From contig JACXUV010000005.1 in assembly GCA_014763715.1 (NCBI GenBank), positions 21,417 to 85,416 of the forward strand: 64,000 nucleotides of DNA. The letters run 5' to 3'. This DNA comes from Rhodobacterales bacterium. GTDB taxonomy: Bacteria > Pseudomonadota > Alphaproteobacteria > Caulobacterales > Hyphomonadaceae. Of the stretch, positions 10,796 to 21,502 are shown piece by piece (the first letter of the stretch is position 1; the number at the start of each line of letters is the position of its first letter). The notes beneath the pieces were generated by a model, which was given only the letters and a program-made list of their open reading frames with translations, was not told the origin of the DNA and ran no database searches. The translations under genes and the position numbers were made by a program.

Positions 10796-12790
10796 TCAGC
10801 CTTTCACAAGCCAGGCCTTCTCCACGATGCCGACCACATCGCCCATGATGCCGGTGATCTTGAAGTCCTTCGGCGTGTAGATGCGGGCAACACCCATCTG
10901 GCGCAGGGCCTGGGCATCTTCCGGCGGGATAATTCCACCGACAACGACAGGCACGTTCTCAAGCCCGACCTTGCGTAGCTCCGCCAGCGTCTCGCGGACC
11001 AGATCAAGATGGCTGCCCGACAGGATAGAGAGGCCGACGACATGTGCGTCGGCTGCCTTGGCCTGCGCAGCAATCTCGTTCGGTGCGAAGCGGATGCCTT
11101 CATAAACGACATCCATGCCGACTTCGCGGCCGCGCGCCGCGATCTGTTCCGCCCCATTGGAGTGGCCGTCGAGGCCCGGCTTGCCGAGCACATAGGTCAG
11201 CCGACGGCCGAGCGCGTCGGACACGCGATCTACTTCCTTGCGGACGGCTTCGGTATCTTCATTGCTATCGGAATTAATGACGATGGCCACGCCAGTCGGG
11301 CCGCGATATTCGCCGAACACGTCGCGCATCGCGGCGCCCCACTCCCCTGTGGTAACACCGGCCTTGGCGCAGGCAATGGAGGGTTCCATGATGTTGGTGC
11401 CCTCTGTCGCAGCTGTTTTCAGGCCTGCCAGAGCAGCGGCAACAGCATCACTGTCACGCGCCGCACGCCATGCCGCCAGCTCACGAACCTGCATCATCTC
11501 TTCAGCCGGATCGACGGTCTGGATTGCGCCATCGCCGCCGCCCAGCGGGCTTTCTTCCGTCTCTGTGTAGCGGTTGACGCCAACCACGGTCAGGTCGCCG
11601 GACTCGATCGCCTTCACGCGCTCGATATGTGCCCCGACCAGACTTTCCTTCATGAAGTCGATGGAGTTCGTAGCGCCGCCGCGAGCGTCGATCTCGGCCA
11701 GCGTGGCGCGGGCCAGTTCCATCAGCTCATTCGTCTTGCCTTCGACCACATGGCTGCCGTCGAACAGGTCTTCATATTCCAGCAGGTCCGTCTCGAAAGC
11801 GAGGATTTGCTGGAGACGCAGCGACCATTGCTGGTCCCACGGGCGCGGCAGGCCAAGCGCTTCGTTCCAGGCAGGCAGCTGCAGGGCCCGGCAACGGGCC
11901 TTCTTGGACAGGGTAACGGCCAGCGCTTCAATCAGGATGCGATAGACATTGTTCTCCGGCTGCGGCTCGGTCAGGCCGAGGGAGTTCACCTGCACGCCGT
12001 ATCGGAACAGGAGCGCCTTCGGATCGGTCACGCCATAGCGCTCCCGGCCGATCTCCTCCCAAAGTTCCACAAAGGCACGCATCTTACAGAGTTCCGTAAC
12101 GAAACGCACGCCTGCGTTCACAAAGAACGAGATACGACCGAAGACAATCTCAAAGTCCTCTTCCGGAACTTTGCCGCCAGCTTTCACCGTGTCGAGCACG
12201 GCAATCGCGGTCGCCAGGGCGTAGGCCAGCTCCTGTTCCGGCGTCGCGCCTGCTTCCTGGAGGTGGTAGGAGCAGACATTCATCGGATTCCACTTCGGCA
12301 CCTCGGTATAGCACCAGGTAACCATGTCGGAGATCAGCTTCATCGACGGCTCCGGCGGGAACACGTACGTGCCGCGGGAGAGGTATTCCTTGACGATATC
12401 GTTCTGGGTCGTGCCGCGCAGTTTCTTGCGGTCGTCGCCGCGCTCATCTGCCAGCGCCACATAGAGCGCCAACATCCATGAGGCTGGCGCATTGATCGTC
12501 ATCGACGTGTTCATCTGCTCCAGCGGCAACTCCGCCATCAGCTCGCGCATGTCGCCGAGGTGCTTGACCGGCACGCCAACCTTGCCGACTTCACCGCGCG
12601 CCAGAATATGGTCTGCGTCATAGGCTGTCTGTGTGGGCAGGTCGAAGGCGATGGACAGGCCCGTCTGGCCTTTGCCCAGATTCATCCGGTAAAGCTCGTT
12701 CGACTTCTTCGCCGTCGAGTGGCCGGCATAGGTCCGGAAGATCCACGGCCGGTCCGGATTGTGCTGAAATGTCGTGTGGCTGTCGGCCAT
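10796..12790 (-). CDS. ecm: Ethylmalonyl-CoA mutase (MeaA), B12-dependent
   Basis: [36 protein letters not shown]12-binding [13 protein letters not shown]; ccr nearby. Start at MADSHTT. Confidence 0.93.
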   Translation of the reverse strand: MADSHTTFQHNPDRPWIFRTYAGHSTAKKSNELYRMNLGKGQTGLSIAFDLPTQTAYDADHILARGEVGKVGVPVKHLGDMRELMAELPLEQMNTSMTINAPASWMLALYVALADERGDDRKKLRGTTQNDIVKEYLSRGTYVFPPEPSMKLISDMVTWCYTEVPKWNPMNVCSYHLQEAGATPEQELAYALATAIAVLDTVKAGGKVPEEDFEIVFGRISFFVNAGVRFVTELCKMRAFVELWEEIGRERYGVTDPKALLFRYGVQVNSLGLTEPQPENNVYRILIEALAVTLSKKARCRALQLPAWNEALGLPRPWDQQWSLRLQQILAFETDLLEYEDLFDGSHVVEGKTNELMELARATLAEIDARGGATNSIDFMKESLVGAHIERVKAIESGDLTVVGVNRYTETEESPLGGGDGAIQTVDPAEEMMQVRELAAWRAARDSDAVAAALAGLKTAATEGTNIMEPSIACAKAGVTTGEWGAAMRDVFGEYRGPTGVAIVINSDSNEDTEAVRKEVDRVSDALGRRLTYVLGKPGLDGHSNGAEQIAARGREVGMDVVYEGIRFAPNEIAAQAKAADAHVVGLSILSGSHLDLVRETLAELRKVGLENVPVVVGGIIPPEDAQALRQMGVARIYTPKDFKITGIMGDVVGIVEKAWLVKG

Positions 12791-12816
12791 GGGGCATGCG
12801 CCTCCCAACGCAGGAT

Positions 12817-12831
12817 TTTTGTTGCGGCGCA
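12817..12831 (-). promoter_or_regulatory. TGCRCCGCAACAAAA motif upstream of ecm (PhaR-like box candidate)
   Basis: Reads TGCGCCGCAACAAAA in the gene direction; near-identical copy at 14723-14737 upstream of ccr. Confidence 0.5.
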
Positions 12832-12912
12832 ACATGCCCTCGCAAAACGATGCTGACAAGCCGCAGGATGGAGCGTCTTGCGGCCGCAGGCGGGCAGGGC
12901 CACATTCAGCCC

Positions 12913-13458
12913 ATGATACACATATCGCCCATCAATTCGACAGAGGGCCTGTCACCCGCTTCCCTGCAGCTCGCATTGCGCCTGCGGCTTGCTTCGCTGG
13001 TCGCCTTCCCGGCGGCTGCAGCGCTTGCAGCCGTGCTCCAGCGCAGCTTCCTGGTCCTGCTGCTTCTGGCGGGCGGAATGATGCTGGTGTCCTGGATTGA
13101 GCGCATCCGTTTTCTGCGGGCCGCCGGGGAAACGCGCATGCCTGATCCCGGCGCCTTCTGGCCGGGCTTTGCGGTGCGCACCGGCCTCTTGCTGGGCATC
13201 TTCATTATCACGCTGGGCGTGCTCGCCCTCTTCCGGGACACGTCCCTCGCACGTGGTTTCGGCTGGCCGGACCTGCTGATCGCCGGGGGCACGACACTGG
13301 CGGTTTACCTGATGAACCTCGCCAGCGCGCGCATGGCCGCAGGGCAGGCAAATATTGTCGCCACGCAGCTGAACGCCTCGTACCAGGCCCAGACACGCCC
13401 GGCCGGTGGGTCCGATGACATCATCGAAGGCGAGTTTACCGATCTGGATGATCGCTGA
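12913..13458 (+). CDS. Hypothetical inner-membrane protein
   Basis: About 4 hydrophobic helices and acidic tail DIIEGEFTDLDDR; start at ATG 12913 inferred. Confidence 0.7.
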   Translation: MIHISPINSTEGLSPASLQLALRLRLASLVAFPAAAALAAVLQRSFLVLLLLAGGMMLVSWIERIRFLRAAGETRMPDPGAFWPGFAVRTGLLLGIFIITLGVLALFRDTSLARGFGWPDLLIAGGTTLAVYLMNLASARMAAGQANIVATQLNASYQAQTRPAGGSDDIIEGEFTDLDDR

Positions 13459-13554
13459 CCCGCTCCCCTTGCAGCGGTGACGCCCTCAACAAACGCTCCC
13501 CAAATCCGTCGATTTCACGTATGAGGCGACGTCTTCCGGCGGAGTTTCGAACCC

Positions 13555-13863
13555 ATGATTGACGTGATCGGCATCATCGCCGCCTTCCTGACGACTCTTT
13601 CCTTCGTTCCACAAGCGATCCTCGTGATCCGCACGAAACAAACCGAGGGCATATCGCTCATCATGTATGCCATGTTCACAACGGGCGTTGCCGTATGGCT
13701 GGTCTACGGCATTGCCCTCGGCGCCTTGCCGATCATCGTCGCAAATGTGGTGACGCTGGTTCTGGCCAGCATCATCCTCACCATAAAGATCCGCTCAGTC
13801 CTGCCGTCTCAGCCCAGCGCCCAGGGCGCCACGGCCGCGACATCGGCGCCCATCGCCTCATAA
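13555..13863 (+). CDS. SemiSWEET / PQ-loop (MtN3) transporter
   Basis: LTTLSFVPQA..IRTKQTEGISL.MY....GV.VWLVYG...A.PII.AN pattern; 3 TM helices. Confidence 0.9.
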   Translation: MIDVIGIIAAFLTTLSFVPQAILVIRTKQTEGISLIMYAMFTTGVAVWLVYGIALGALPIIVANVVTLVLASIILTIKIRSVLPSQPSAQGATAATSAPIAS

Positions 13864-14693
13864 TAGAGACGCTGGATCCGCCGCGTGACCGGCCCCGGCT
13901 TGCCACTGCCAACCGGTTTGCCATCCAGCGTGATCACAGGGGCGACCATGGCGCCTGCCGATGTCGTGAAAGCCTCGACCGCGCCTGCGGCCTCTTCCGG
14001 TGTAAATGCCCGCTCGACCAGTTCGATTCCCGTCCCGTCCAGCAGGGACAGGACACCTGCCCGGGTGATCCCCGGCAGGATGGAGTGAGACAATTCGCGC
14101 GTAATGAGCCGCCCCTCTGCATCGACGATCCAGGCATTGGCCGAGGCGGCCTCTGTTACCAGTCCGTCTTCCACCATGAAGGCCGTGTCGGCTCCAGCCT
14201 CACGCGCGGTGCGGTAAGCGAGGGCCTGGGAAAGCAGCTGCACCGTCTTCATGTCGCGACGCTTCCAGCGCGTATCGCCGAGCGTGATGGCCTTGATGCC
14301 GTCCCGTGCTGCCTCCCCGATCAGCGGACGGGTGTCTGCATAAAGAAAGACAGTTGGCGTGAACGTCTCGGGCCCGGCAAAATCACGCATGCCGTAAGCA
14401 CCGCCCGTCACCTCAAGATAGACAAGCCCCTCTTCCACACCGTTCTTGTCGATCAGGTCCGTGTGGATTTCCGCCCATGCCTCATCACTGTAAGGATTGG
14501 AGATGGATATGCCCTCCAAAGTCCGCCGGAGACGTGAAAGATGCCCCTCAAGATCGATAAAGCGGCCATCATAGACCGCCGTTACTTCATAGGCCGCATG
14601 CGCAAAGAGAAACCCCCGGTCGAATGGGGAAATGGCGGCATCTTCCACAGGGCAGAATTTACCATTGAGATAGACGGTCCGGCCGATTGTCAT
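13809..14693 (-). CDS. Class IV aminotransferase, D-amino-acid transaminase-like
   Basis: VYLNG, DRGFLF, YEV, HLSRL, KTVQLL (PLP Lys), EAASAN, ILPGITR. Real start MTIGRTVY; the 588-aa ORF upstream extension is antisense to ccr. Confidence 0.9.
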   Translation of the reverse strand: MTIGRTVYLNGKFCPVEDAAISPFDRGFLFAHAAYEVTAVYDGRFIDLEGHLSRLRRTLEGISISNPYSDEAWAEIHTDLIDKNGVEEGLVYLEVTGGAYGMRDFAGPETFTPTVFLYADTRPLIGEAARDGIKAITLGDTRWKRRDMKTVQLLSQALAYRTAREAGADTAFMVEDGLVTEAASANAWIVDAEGRLITRELSHSILPGITRAGVLSLLDGTGIELVERAFTPEEAAGAVEAFTTSAGAMVAPVITLDGKPVGSGKPGPVTRRIQRLYYEAMGADVAAVAPWALG

Positions 14694-14722
14694 TTTTGTC
14701 ACGCTCCTGAGACTTGCGTTTG

Positions 14723-14737
14723 TGCACCGCAACAAAA
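14723..14737 (+). promoter_or_regulatory. TGCRCCGCAACAAAA motif upstream of ccr
   Basis: TGCACCGCAACAAAA; 14/15 identical to the ecm upstream copy. Confidence 0.5.
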
Positions 14738-14858
14738 CAACTTGCATCGGGGCAACCATGACGCCAAGGTGGCGCGCGCCGAGGGCCTTGTGAAGCTGCG
14801 CTGAGATCGCACCACCGGGTTTTTTGCAGAAAGTACAAAGGAGGAGGGCATTTCCGCC

Positions 14859-16118
14859 ATGAGCCGGGAAGTCAAAGACATTTACGAGATTGGCGAGATT
14901 CCGCCAGAGTTCCACGTTCCGAAAATGATGTACGCCTGGGCGATCCGCCGGGAACGTCATGGCCGCCCGGCGACTGCCATGCAGCTGGAACAAGTCCCTG
15001 TGCCGGAGATCGATTCCGACGAAGTGCTCGTCCTCGTGATGGCCGCTGGCGTCAACTATAACGGCATCTGGGCCGCCCTCGGCGAGCCTGTGTCCGTGTT
15101 CGACGTTCACAAGCAGGACTATCACATTGCCGGGTCCGACGCGGCCGGCATCGTCTGGGCCGTTGGCCGCAAGGTGAAGCGGGTGAAGCCTGGCGACGAA
15201 GTTGTCATCCACTGCAACCAGGACGATGGCGACGACGAGGAATGCAATGGCGGCGATCCGATGTTCTCGCCATCCCAGCGCATCTGGGGTTATGAGACGC
15301 CGGATGGTTCCTTCGCCCAGTTCTGCCGCGTGCAGGCCCGGCAGTGCATGCCCCGCCCGAAACACCTGACCTGGGAAGAGAGCGCCTGCTACACGCTGAC
15401 GCTCGCCACCGCTTACCGCATGTTGTTCGGCCACCGCCCGCACATCGTGAAGCCGGCCGACAACGTGCTCGTCTGGGGTGCCTCTGGCGGTCTCGGCAGT
15501 TTCGGTGTTCAGCTCTGTGCCGTGACGGGCGCGAATGCGATCGGCGTGGTCTCCAGTGACGACAAGAAAGAGCATGTGCTCAGCCTCGGTGCCAAGGGCG
15601 TGCTAAACCGCAAGGACTTCAATTGCTGGGGCCAGCTGCCAACCGTCAACGGTCCGGAGTTCAAGGACTATATGCGGGAAAGCCGCAAGTTCGGGAAAGC
15701 GATCTGGGAGATCACCGGTAACAAGGATGTCGACATCGTGTTCGAACATCCCGGCGAGTCGACCTTCCCGGTCTCCGTCTTCGTGGTGAAACGCGGCGGC
15801 ATGGTCGTGATCTGCGCCGGCACCACAGGCTTCAACCTGACCATGGATGCCCGCTTCCTCTGGATGCGCCAGAAGCGCGTGCAGGGCAGCCACTTCGCCA
15901 ACCTGAAACAGGCTTCAGCCGCCAACGACCTGGTCATCAATCGCCGTATCGACCCGGGCATGTCCGAGGTCTTCCCGTGGGAAGACATTCCGGCCGCGCA
16001 CGAGAAGATGCTGGATAACAAGCACCTTCCGGGCAACATGGCCGTTCTCGTGACCTCGCCGAAGCCGGGCCTGCGCACGGTGGAAGATGTGCTCGCCGTG
16101 AATGGCCAGGCCAGCTGA
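14859..16118 (+). CDS. ccr: Crotonyl-CoA carboxylase/reductase
   Basis: VMAAGVNYNGIWA, HIAGSDAAG, WGYETPDGSFAQF, WGASGGLG, FEHPGE, WMRQKRVQGSHFA. Confidence 0.97.
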   Translation: MSREVKDIYEIGEIPPEFHVPKMMYAWAIRRERHGRPATAMQLEQVPVPEIDSDEVLVLVMAAGVNYNGIWAALGEPVSVFDVHKQDYHIAGSDAAGIVWAVGRKVKRVKPGDEVVIHCNQDDGDDEECNGGDPMFSPSQRIWGYETPDGSFAQFCRVQARQCMPRPKHLTWEESACYTLTLATAYRMLFGHRPHIVKPADNVLVWGASGGLGSFGVQLCAVTGANAIGVVSSDDKKEHVLSLGAKGVLNRKDFNCWGQLPTVNGPEFKDYMRESRKFGKAIWEITGNKDVDIVFEHPGESTFPVSVFVVKRGGMVVICAGTTGFNLTMDARFLWMRQKRVQGSHFANLKQASAANDLVINRRIDPGMSEVFPWEDIPAAHEKMLDNKHLPGNMAVLVTSPKPGLRTVEDVLAVNGQAS

Positions 16119-16120
16119 AC

Positions 16121-16483
16121 ATGTTGAGCCGCGCTTTCGCGGAAGAATTTGCCAATGACTGGCTGTCGGCATGGAACGACAGGGATATTGACCGTATCCT
16201 GTCGCACTATGCCGACGATGTCGTCTTCCACAGCCCGCGCATCGCGCTGGTTATGGGAAATGAGGCGAATTCCGTCCGCGGCAAGAAAGCGCTACAGGCC
16301 TATTGGACCGAGGCCCTCTCAAGGGCCCGGTCGCTGTTCTTTGCCATAGACGACATACTCGTCGGCTCTGACGCGATTACAATTCTCTACACGAACCATC
16401 GCGAAGAGAAGGTCGCGGAGACCTTCATCTTCAACGAGGATGGCGAAATCAGCCTCTCGATCGCGACGTACAGCCCGATCTAG
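16121..16483 (+). CDS. SnoaL-like / NTF2-family protein
   Basis: W..AWN.RDIDRILSHYADDVVFHSP...GK.AL..YW pattern; 2 nt downstream of ccr. Confidence 0.85.
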   Translation: MLSRAFAEEFANDWLSAWNDRDIDRILSHYADDVVFHSPRIALVMGNEANSVRGKKALQAYWTEALSRARSLFFAIDDILVGSDAITILYTNHREEKVAETFIFNEDGEISLSIATYSPI

Positions 16484-16490
16484 CCAAGCC

Positions 16491-17783
16491 CTAGTTTTCG
16501 AACGGATCGCGCATGAGGATCACATCCTCACGCTCCGGGCTGGTGGAGACGAGCGCGCAGGGCTTGCCGACCAGTTCTTCGAGGCGGCGGACATATTTCA
16601 CCGCTTCTGCCGGAAGGTCCGCCCAGGAGCGCGCCCCGGCGGTCGAGCCTTTCCAGCCCGGCATCGTCTCATAGACAGGCTCCACAGCGGCCTGATCGGT
16701 CAGGCCAGCAGGATAATGATCGATCTCCTGCCCGTTCAGCCTGTAGGCAACGCAAACCTTGATCTCCTCGAACCCGTCCAGCACGTCCAGCTTGGTCAGC
16801 GCGAGACCGTTGACGCCAGAGGTCGCACAGGCCTGGCGCACCATCACGCTGTCGAACCAGCCACAGCGGCGGGCCCGGCCCGTGTTCACGCCCACTTCGC
16901 GGCCCACAGTGCCGAGACGTTCGCCGATTTCATTGTCCTGTTCGGTCGGGAACGGGCCGGAGCCCACGCGGGTTGTGTAAGCCTTCGCAAGCCCCAGCAC
17001 ATAGGAGATCGCCCCCGGGCCGACCCCCGAACCAGCCGACGCATTACCCGCCACGACATTCGACGAAGTCACGAACGGATAGGTGCCGTGATCCACATCC
17101 AGCATCACGCCCTGCGCGCCTTCGAACAGGATACGCTTGCCTGCACGCACCTGCTCGTCCAGCAGCTTCCAGACCGGCTGGGCATAAGCCAGCACTTTCG
17201 GGGCGATTTCGAGCAGGTCCGCCTTGAGCTGCGCGCCATCCGGCTCCGGCAGGTCCAGACCCGCCCGCAGGGGGCGGTGATGCGCCAGCAGGCGTTCGAT
17301 CTTCAGGTCCAGGGCGGCCGGGTCAGCAAGGTCTGCCACGCGGATCGCCCGGCGGCCGACACGGTCCTCATAGGCCGGGCCGATGCCACGCTTTGTGGTG
17401 CCGATCTGGCCAGCACCCAGCGCGCCTTCCCGGGCGGCGTCGATGTCCTTGTGCCAGGGCAGGATCAGCGAAGCATTGTCGGCCAGGACCAGCGTCTCGG
17501 GTGAGACTTCGACGCCCTGCCCCTGAATGCCTTCGATCTCTGTCAGCATGTGCCATGGGTCCACCACGACACCGTTGCCGATCACGGACAGCTTGCCGCC
17601 GCGCACGAGGCCCGACGGCAGCAGGGCCAGCTTGAACACCTTGCCGTCGATCACCAGCGTGTGGCCGGCATTGTGCCCACCCTGGAACCGCACGACCACA
17701 TCCGCCCGGCTCGAAAGCCAGTCGACGATCTTGCCCTTGCCCTCGTCGCCCCATTGGGCGCCTACGACCACTACGCCAGCCAT
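16491..17783 (-). CDS. purA: Adenylosuccinate synthetase
   Basis: [54 protein letters not shown]. Confidence 0.98.
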   Translation of the reverse strand: MAGVVVVGAQWGDEGKGKIVDWLSSRADVVVRFQGGHNAGHTLVIDGKVFKLALLPSGLVRGGKLSVIGNGVVVDPWHMLTEIEGIQGQGVEVSPETLVLADNASLILPWHKDIDAAREGALGAGQIGTTKRGIGPAYEDRVGRRAIRVADLADPAALDLKIERLLAHHRPLRAGLDLPEPDGAQLKADLLEIAPKVLAYAQPVWKLLDEQVRAGKRILFEGAQGVMLDVDHGTYPFVTSSNVVAGNASAGSGVGPGAISYVLGLAKAYTTRVGSGPFPTEQDNEIGERLGTVGREVGVNTGRARRCGWFDSVMVRQACATSGVNGLALTKLDVLDGFEEIKVCVAYRLNGQEIDHYPAGLTDQAAVEPVYETMPGWKGSTAGARSWADLPAEAVKYVRRLEELVGKPCALVSTSPEREDVILMRDPFEN

Positions 17784-17859
17784 GTGCCGCTCCTGTTCAG
17801 TCCGCGGCGACATGGGCAGGATTCAGAGAGGAAAAGCAAGGGGCCTTTGGCCGCGCCTG

Positions 17860-18438
17860 CTAGTCGAAGCTATAGCTGACGCGCAGGCCGATATTGTCCA
17901 GGCCCTGATTGCGGCCATCGCCGAGGATCTGACCGTGGCTGAGATGTTCGTACATCAGCTCCACACCCCAGACATCATTGATGTCATGGTGCAGGCCGAA
18001 TGTGGTACGGAACAGGTCACGCGAGCCAAGCAGGACATGATCCTCGGTGAAGGCATCGCCGCGCGGATCCCCCTGTGGGTACGGGCTTTCCAGCTCACCG
18101 TCATGGATCACATAGCCAACACTCGGCTCGAACTGCCAGCGCTTCGCGATCGGGAAGGACCAGTGCAGGCCCACGCCGCCGAAGCTGGTGTCGCCCTGAA
18201 GGTTGCCAGAGCCCATCACATAAGGCTTCGGGCTCCAGAGAACGCCGAGGAAATCCGGCGAATTGAACAGGATCTCGCCACTCAGGCTCTGGCCCGGCTC
18301 CTTGTTGGCATTGTTGCAGTCGAGAACGCAGATGTTCTCCTGCATCACGCCGAGGCGGATTTCACTGATAAGGTCAGCAGAGGCAGGGCCGGCCACTGCG
18401 GCGACAGCCACAGCGCTGGAAAGAAGAAAACGGCGCAT
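17860..18438 (-). CDS. Outer-membrane acyloxyacyl hydrolase / lipid A 3-O-deacylase (PagL-like) beta-barrel
   Basis: Signal peptide, amphipathic strands, YEHLSHG..LG.GRNQGLDNIG.R.SY.F C-terminus. Confidence 0.78.
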   Translation of the reverse strand: MRRFLLSSAVAVAAVAGPASADLISEIRLGVMQENICVLDCNNANKEPGQSLSGEILFNSPDFLGVLWSPKPYVMGSGNLQGDTSFGGVGLHWSFPIAKRWQFEPSVGYVIHDGELESPYPQGDPRGDAFTEDHVLLGSRDLFRTTFGLHHDINDVWGVELMYEHLSHGQILGDGRNQGLDNIGLRVSYSFD

Positions 18439-18565
18439 GGAAACTCCCTTTAGATAAAAAGCGAGAAAGGATGTTCGCACTCGCCCGTCAAGCGTGCAGG
18501 CATGGCCTGGACGCAAATTGCAGGGAAAGGTGACCAAACCGTCACGTAGCCCCTACCGGGAATGG

Positions 18566-18599
18566 GAAAATGGGCGGCCCGGCAGGACCGCCCATTTTC
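18566..18599 (-). terminator. Terminator downstream of serA
   Basis: gaaaatgggcgg...ccgcccattttc 12-bp stem. Confidence 0.7.
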
Positions 18600-18631
18600 A
18601 TCAATGAAATCAGGCCTGAGGCCCGAGCCGA

Positions 18632-20227
18632 TTAGAAAGTCAGGACCTTCGCATAGCGAACCTGCGGCAAGGCGTTGAGCTTGTCGAGCATGGCCGGCGT
18701 CGGAACCGAGTCGATCCCGATCAGGGCAATTGCCTCCTCCCCTGCCGCCGTGCGGCCAAGGTGGAAGGTCGCGATATTGACCTTCTCTTCGCCCAGCATC
18801 TGGCCAAGCGCGCCAATGAAGCCCGGCTGGTCGAGGTTGTTCACATAGAGCATGGTCGGCGCAAAATCGCCTTCCAGCGCCATGCCCTTGACCTCGACGA
18901 TCCGCGGATGACCGGCGATCATCGTACCGGCCAGCGTGCGCCAGCCGCCTTCCGGTGCATTCTGGGTCGCCTTGGTCTTCACCTTCACACGGATCAGGCT
19001 GTCATAGACCGGGCTGTCCTCGGTCTTTGTCTCGGTGAGCTTCACACCACTGTCTGCCAGGATCGCCGGAGCGGATACCATGTTCACGTCCCCGCGCGAG
19101 GCCCGCAGCATGCCCGCAAGCAATGCAGCGGTCAGCGGTTTGCGATTCAGCTCTGCGACTTCGCCCTCATATTCGATCACAACCTCGTCATAGCCGAAAT
19201 CGGAAATCTGGCCTGCAAAGGAGCCGAGTTTCTCTGCCAGCGTAGCGAAGGGCTTGAGGCGCGGGGCCTCTTCCGCCGTGATGGACGGCATGTTGAGCGC
19301 ATTGGTGACGGCACCCGACAGGAGATAGTCCGACATCTGCTCGGCCACCTGCAGGGCAACGTTTTCCTGCGCTTCATTGGTCGAGGCACCAAGGTGCGGC
19401 GTCGCAACGAAGTTCTTCTTGCCGAAGAGGATGTTTTCCTTGGCCGGCTCGACAGCGAAGACGTCGAAGGCTGCCCCGGCAAGGTGACCGGATTCCAGCA
19501 TATCCGCCACGGCTTCCTCATCCACTAGGCCGCCACGGGCACAGTTGACGAGGATCAGGCCTTTCTTGGTCTTGGCCAGATTCTCACGGCTGAGGATATT
19601 GCGGGTCTGGTCCGTCAGCGGAACGTGCAGCGTGATGACGTCGGCGCGCTTCAGCAGCTCTTCCAGCTCTACCTTCTCGACACCGAGTTCCACAGCACGC
19701 TCTTCGGTGAGGAACGGGTCATAGGCAACGACACGCATCTTCAAGCCGATGGCGCGCTCAGCGACGCGGGATCCGATGTTCCCTGCCCCGATCAGGCCGA
19801 GCGTCTTGAACGAGACCTCAACGCCCATATAGCCGGATTTGGGCCATTTGCCTTGCTGCGTTTCAGCATTGGCAGCCGGGATCTGGCGGGCCGCAGCGAA
19901 CATCATCGCGATGGCATGTTCTGCCGTCGTGATGGCGTTGCCGAACGGCGTGTTCATGACCACGACACCCTTGGCGGTCGCAGCCTTGATGTCGATATTG
20001 TCGACGCCGATACCGGCCCGGCCGATGACTTTCAGGTTCGTCGCAGCGGCGATGACATCCGCGTTCGGCTTGCAGGCCGAGCGGACGACGAGGCCGTCAT
20101 ATTCCGGAATCTCTGCAATGAGTTCTTCCGTATTCAGACCGGTCTTGGTGACCGTTTCGATACCGCGGGCATGGAAGATTTCCACGGCGGCGGGGGAGAG
20201 TTTGTCTCCGATAAGGACTTTAGGCAT
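18632..20227 (-). CDS. serA: D-3-phosphoglycerate dehydrogenase
   Basis: GRAGIGVDNID, NTPFGN, GAGNIG, NCARGGLV, TPHLGAST, C-terminal ACT domain; downstream of serC. Confidence 0.97.
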   Translation of the reverse strand: MPKVLIGDKLSPAAVEIFHARGIETVTKTGLNTEELIAEIPEYDGLVVRSACKPNADVIAAATNLKVIGRAGIGVDNIDIKAATAKGVVVMNTPFGNAITTAEHAIAMMFAAARQIPAANAETQQGKWPKSGYMGVEVSFKTLGLIGAGNIGSRVAERAIGLKMRVVAYDPFLTEERAVELGVEKVELEELLKRADVITLHVPLTDQTRNILSRENLAKTKKGLILVNCARGGLVDEEAVADMLESGHLAGAAFDVFAVEPAKENILFGKKNFVATPHLGASTNEAQENVALQVAEQMSDYLLSGAVTNALNMPSITAEEAPRLKPFATLAEKLGSFAGQISDFGYDEVVIEYEGEVAELNRKPLTAALLAGMLRASRGDVNMVSAPAILADSGVKLTETKTEDSPVYDSLIRVKVKTKATQNAPEGGWRTLAGTMIAGHPRIVEVKGMALEGDFAPTMLYVNNLDQPGFIGALGQMLGEEKVNIATFHLGRTAAGEEAIALIGIDSVPTPAMLDKLNALPQVRYAKVLTF

Positions 20228-20238
20228 TGTCTTTTCCT

Positions 20239-20296
20239 TTGCTCGCGGCTGTTGCGGGCATGCTGCCCGCGCCGCTGCGCCTTCGCCTTGCTCGTG
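20239..20296 (+). repeat. REP-like structured repeat, copy 1
   Basis: TTGCTCGCGGC-TGTT-[gcgggca tgc tgcccgc]-GCCGCTGCGCCTTCGCCTTGCTCGTG; the 26-nt 3' part is identical at 25313-25338. Confidence 0.8.
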
Positions 20297-20322
20297 AAGG
20301 CGCCTGTTCCATATCCGTTTGC

Positions 20323-21486
20323 TTAGAGGGTGGCCGCTTCTTCAGCGAAGGCCCAGTCGAGCCACGGAAGCAGCTTCACGACGTCGGACGGTTCCACCGT
20401 GGAGCCGACCCAGATGCGCAGACCCGGAGGGGCCTTGGCATAACCGGCGGCATCAAAGCAGGCGTTTTCCTTTTCGAGGCGCTTCATCATCGCTTTCACG
20501 AAAGCGCGCTGGCCAGCCTCGTCGAGGCCTGCAACACGCGGATCCGTAATCTTGAAGGTCACGCCCGTATTGGAACGGACATCCGCATCCGGACAAAGGA
20601 AGTCGACCCAGTCGGTCTTCGCCACCCAGTCGGTGAGAATGCCGAGGCTCTCATCGGAACGCGCCTTGAGGGCTTTCCAGCCGCCGAGCGCTTCGCACCA
20701 GTCGAGCGCCTGAAGGTAATCTTCCACGCACAGCATGGAGGGCGTGTTGATCGTGGAGCCTTCGAACAGCTCCTCGTTCAGCTTGCCGCCCTTGGTCATG
20801 CGGAACAGTTTCGGCAGGGCCCGGTCCGGCGTGAAGGTTTCCAGACGCTTCACGGCGTTGGGCGACAGGATCAGCATGCCGTGGGCCGCTTCCCCGCCAA
20901 GGATCTTCTGCCAGCTATAGGTCACCACATCGAGTTTCTCCCACTCGATGTCCTGCGCGAAGGCGGCCGAGGTCGCATCGCAGATCACGACACGGTCCGG
21001 GTTCGGCTTGATCCAGTCAGCATTCGGCACGCGCACGCCCGAGGTCGTGCCGTTCCAGGTAAAGATGATGTCGGCATCGTCGCGCGCCTGAGAGAAATCG
21101 GGCAGCGCGCCATAGTCGGCACCATAGGTCTTGCAGTCAGCGAGCTTCAGCTGCTTGGTCGCATCCGTCACCCAGTCCTGGCCGAAGCTTTCCCAGGCGA
21201 AGACGTCCACAGGCTTCGCGCCCAGCATGGACCACATGCACATCTCGACCGCGCCGGTGTCGGACGCCGGCACGATGGCCACGCGATAGTCTTCCGGAAG
21301 ACCAAGGATTGCCTTGGTCCGGTCGATCGCTTCCTTCAGCTTCTTTTTCGCATCGCCAGAACGGTGCGAACGGCCGAGGACAGCAGTGTTCAGTTTTTCA
21401 AGGGAAAATCCGGGACGCTTTGCAGTCGGGCCCGAGGAAAAATGCGGGCATGCAGGCAGCACGCCGGGTTTGGCGACGGTCGTCAT
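20323..21486 (-). CDS. serC: Phosphoserine aminotransferase (alphaproteobacterial/Methanosarcina type)
   Basis: P..PHFSSGPTAKRPG, LGRSHRS, SDTGAVE, WNGTTSGV, DATSA, SWQK (PLP Lys), INTPSML. Confidence 0.96.
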   Translation of the reverse strand: MTTVAKPGVLPACPHFSSGPTAKRPGFSLEKLNTAVLGRSHRSGDAKKKLKEAIDRTKAILGLPEDYRVAIVPASDTGAVEMCMWSMLGAKPVDVFAWESFGQDWVTDATKQLKLADCKTYGADYGALPDFSQARDDADIIFTWNGTTSGVRVPNADWIKPNPDRVVICDATSAAFAQDIEWEKLDVVTYSWQKILGGEAAHGMLILSPNAVKRLETFTPDRALPKLFRMTKGGKLNEELFEGSTINTPSMLCVEDYLQALDWCEALGGWKALKARSDESLGILTDWVAKTDWVDFLCPDADVRSNTGVTFKITDPRVAGLDEAGQRAFVKAMMKRLEKENACFDAAGYAKAPPGLRIWVGSTVEPSDVVKLLPWLDWAFAEEAATL

Positions 21487-21502
21487 CTGTTTGTACTCCT
21501 AT

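Noticed and set aside
13809-15575. 588-aa ORF suggesting a large fusion aminotransferase
   Set aside because: The N-terminal ~290 aa are antisense to ccr; the real gene starts at 14693.
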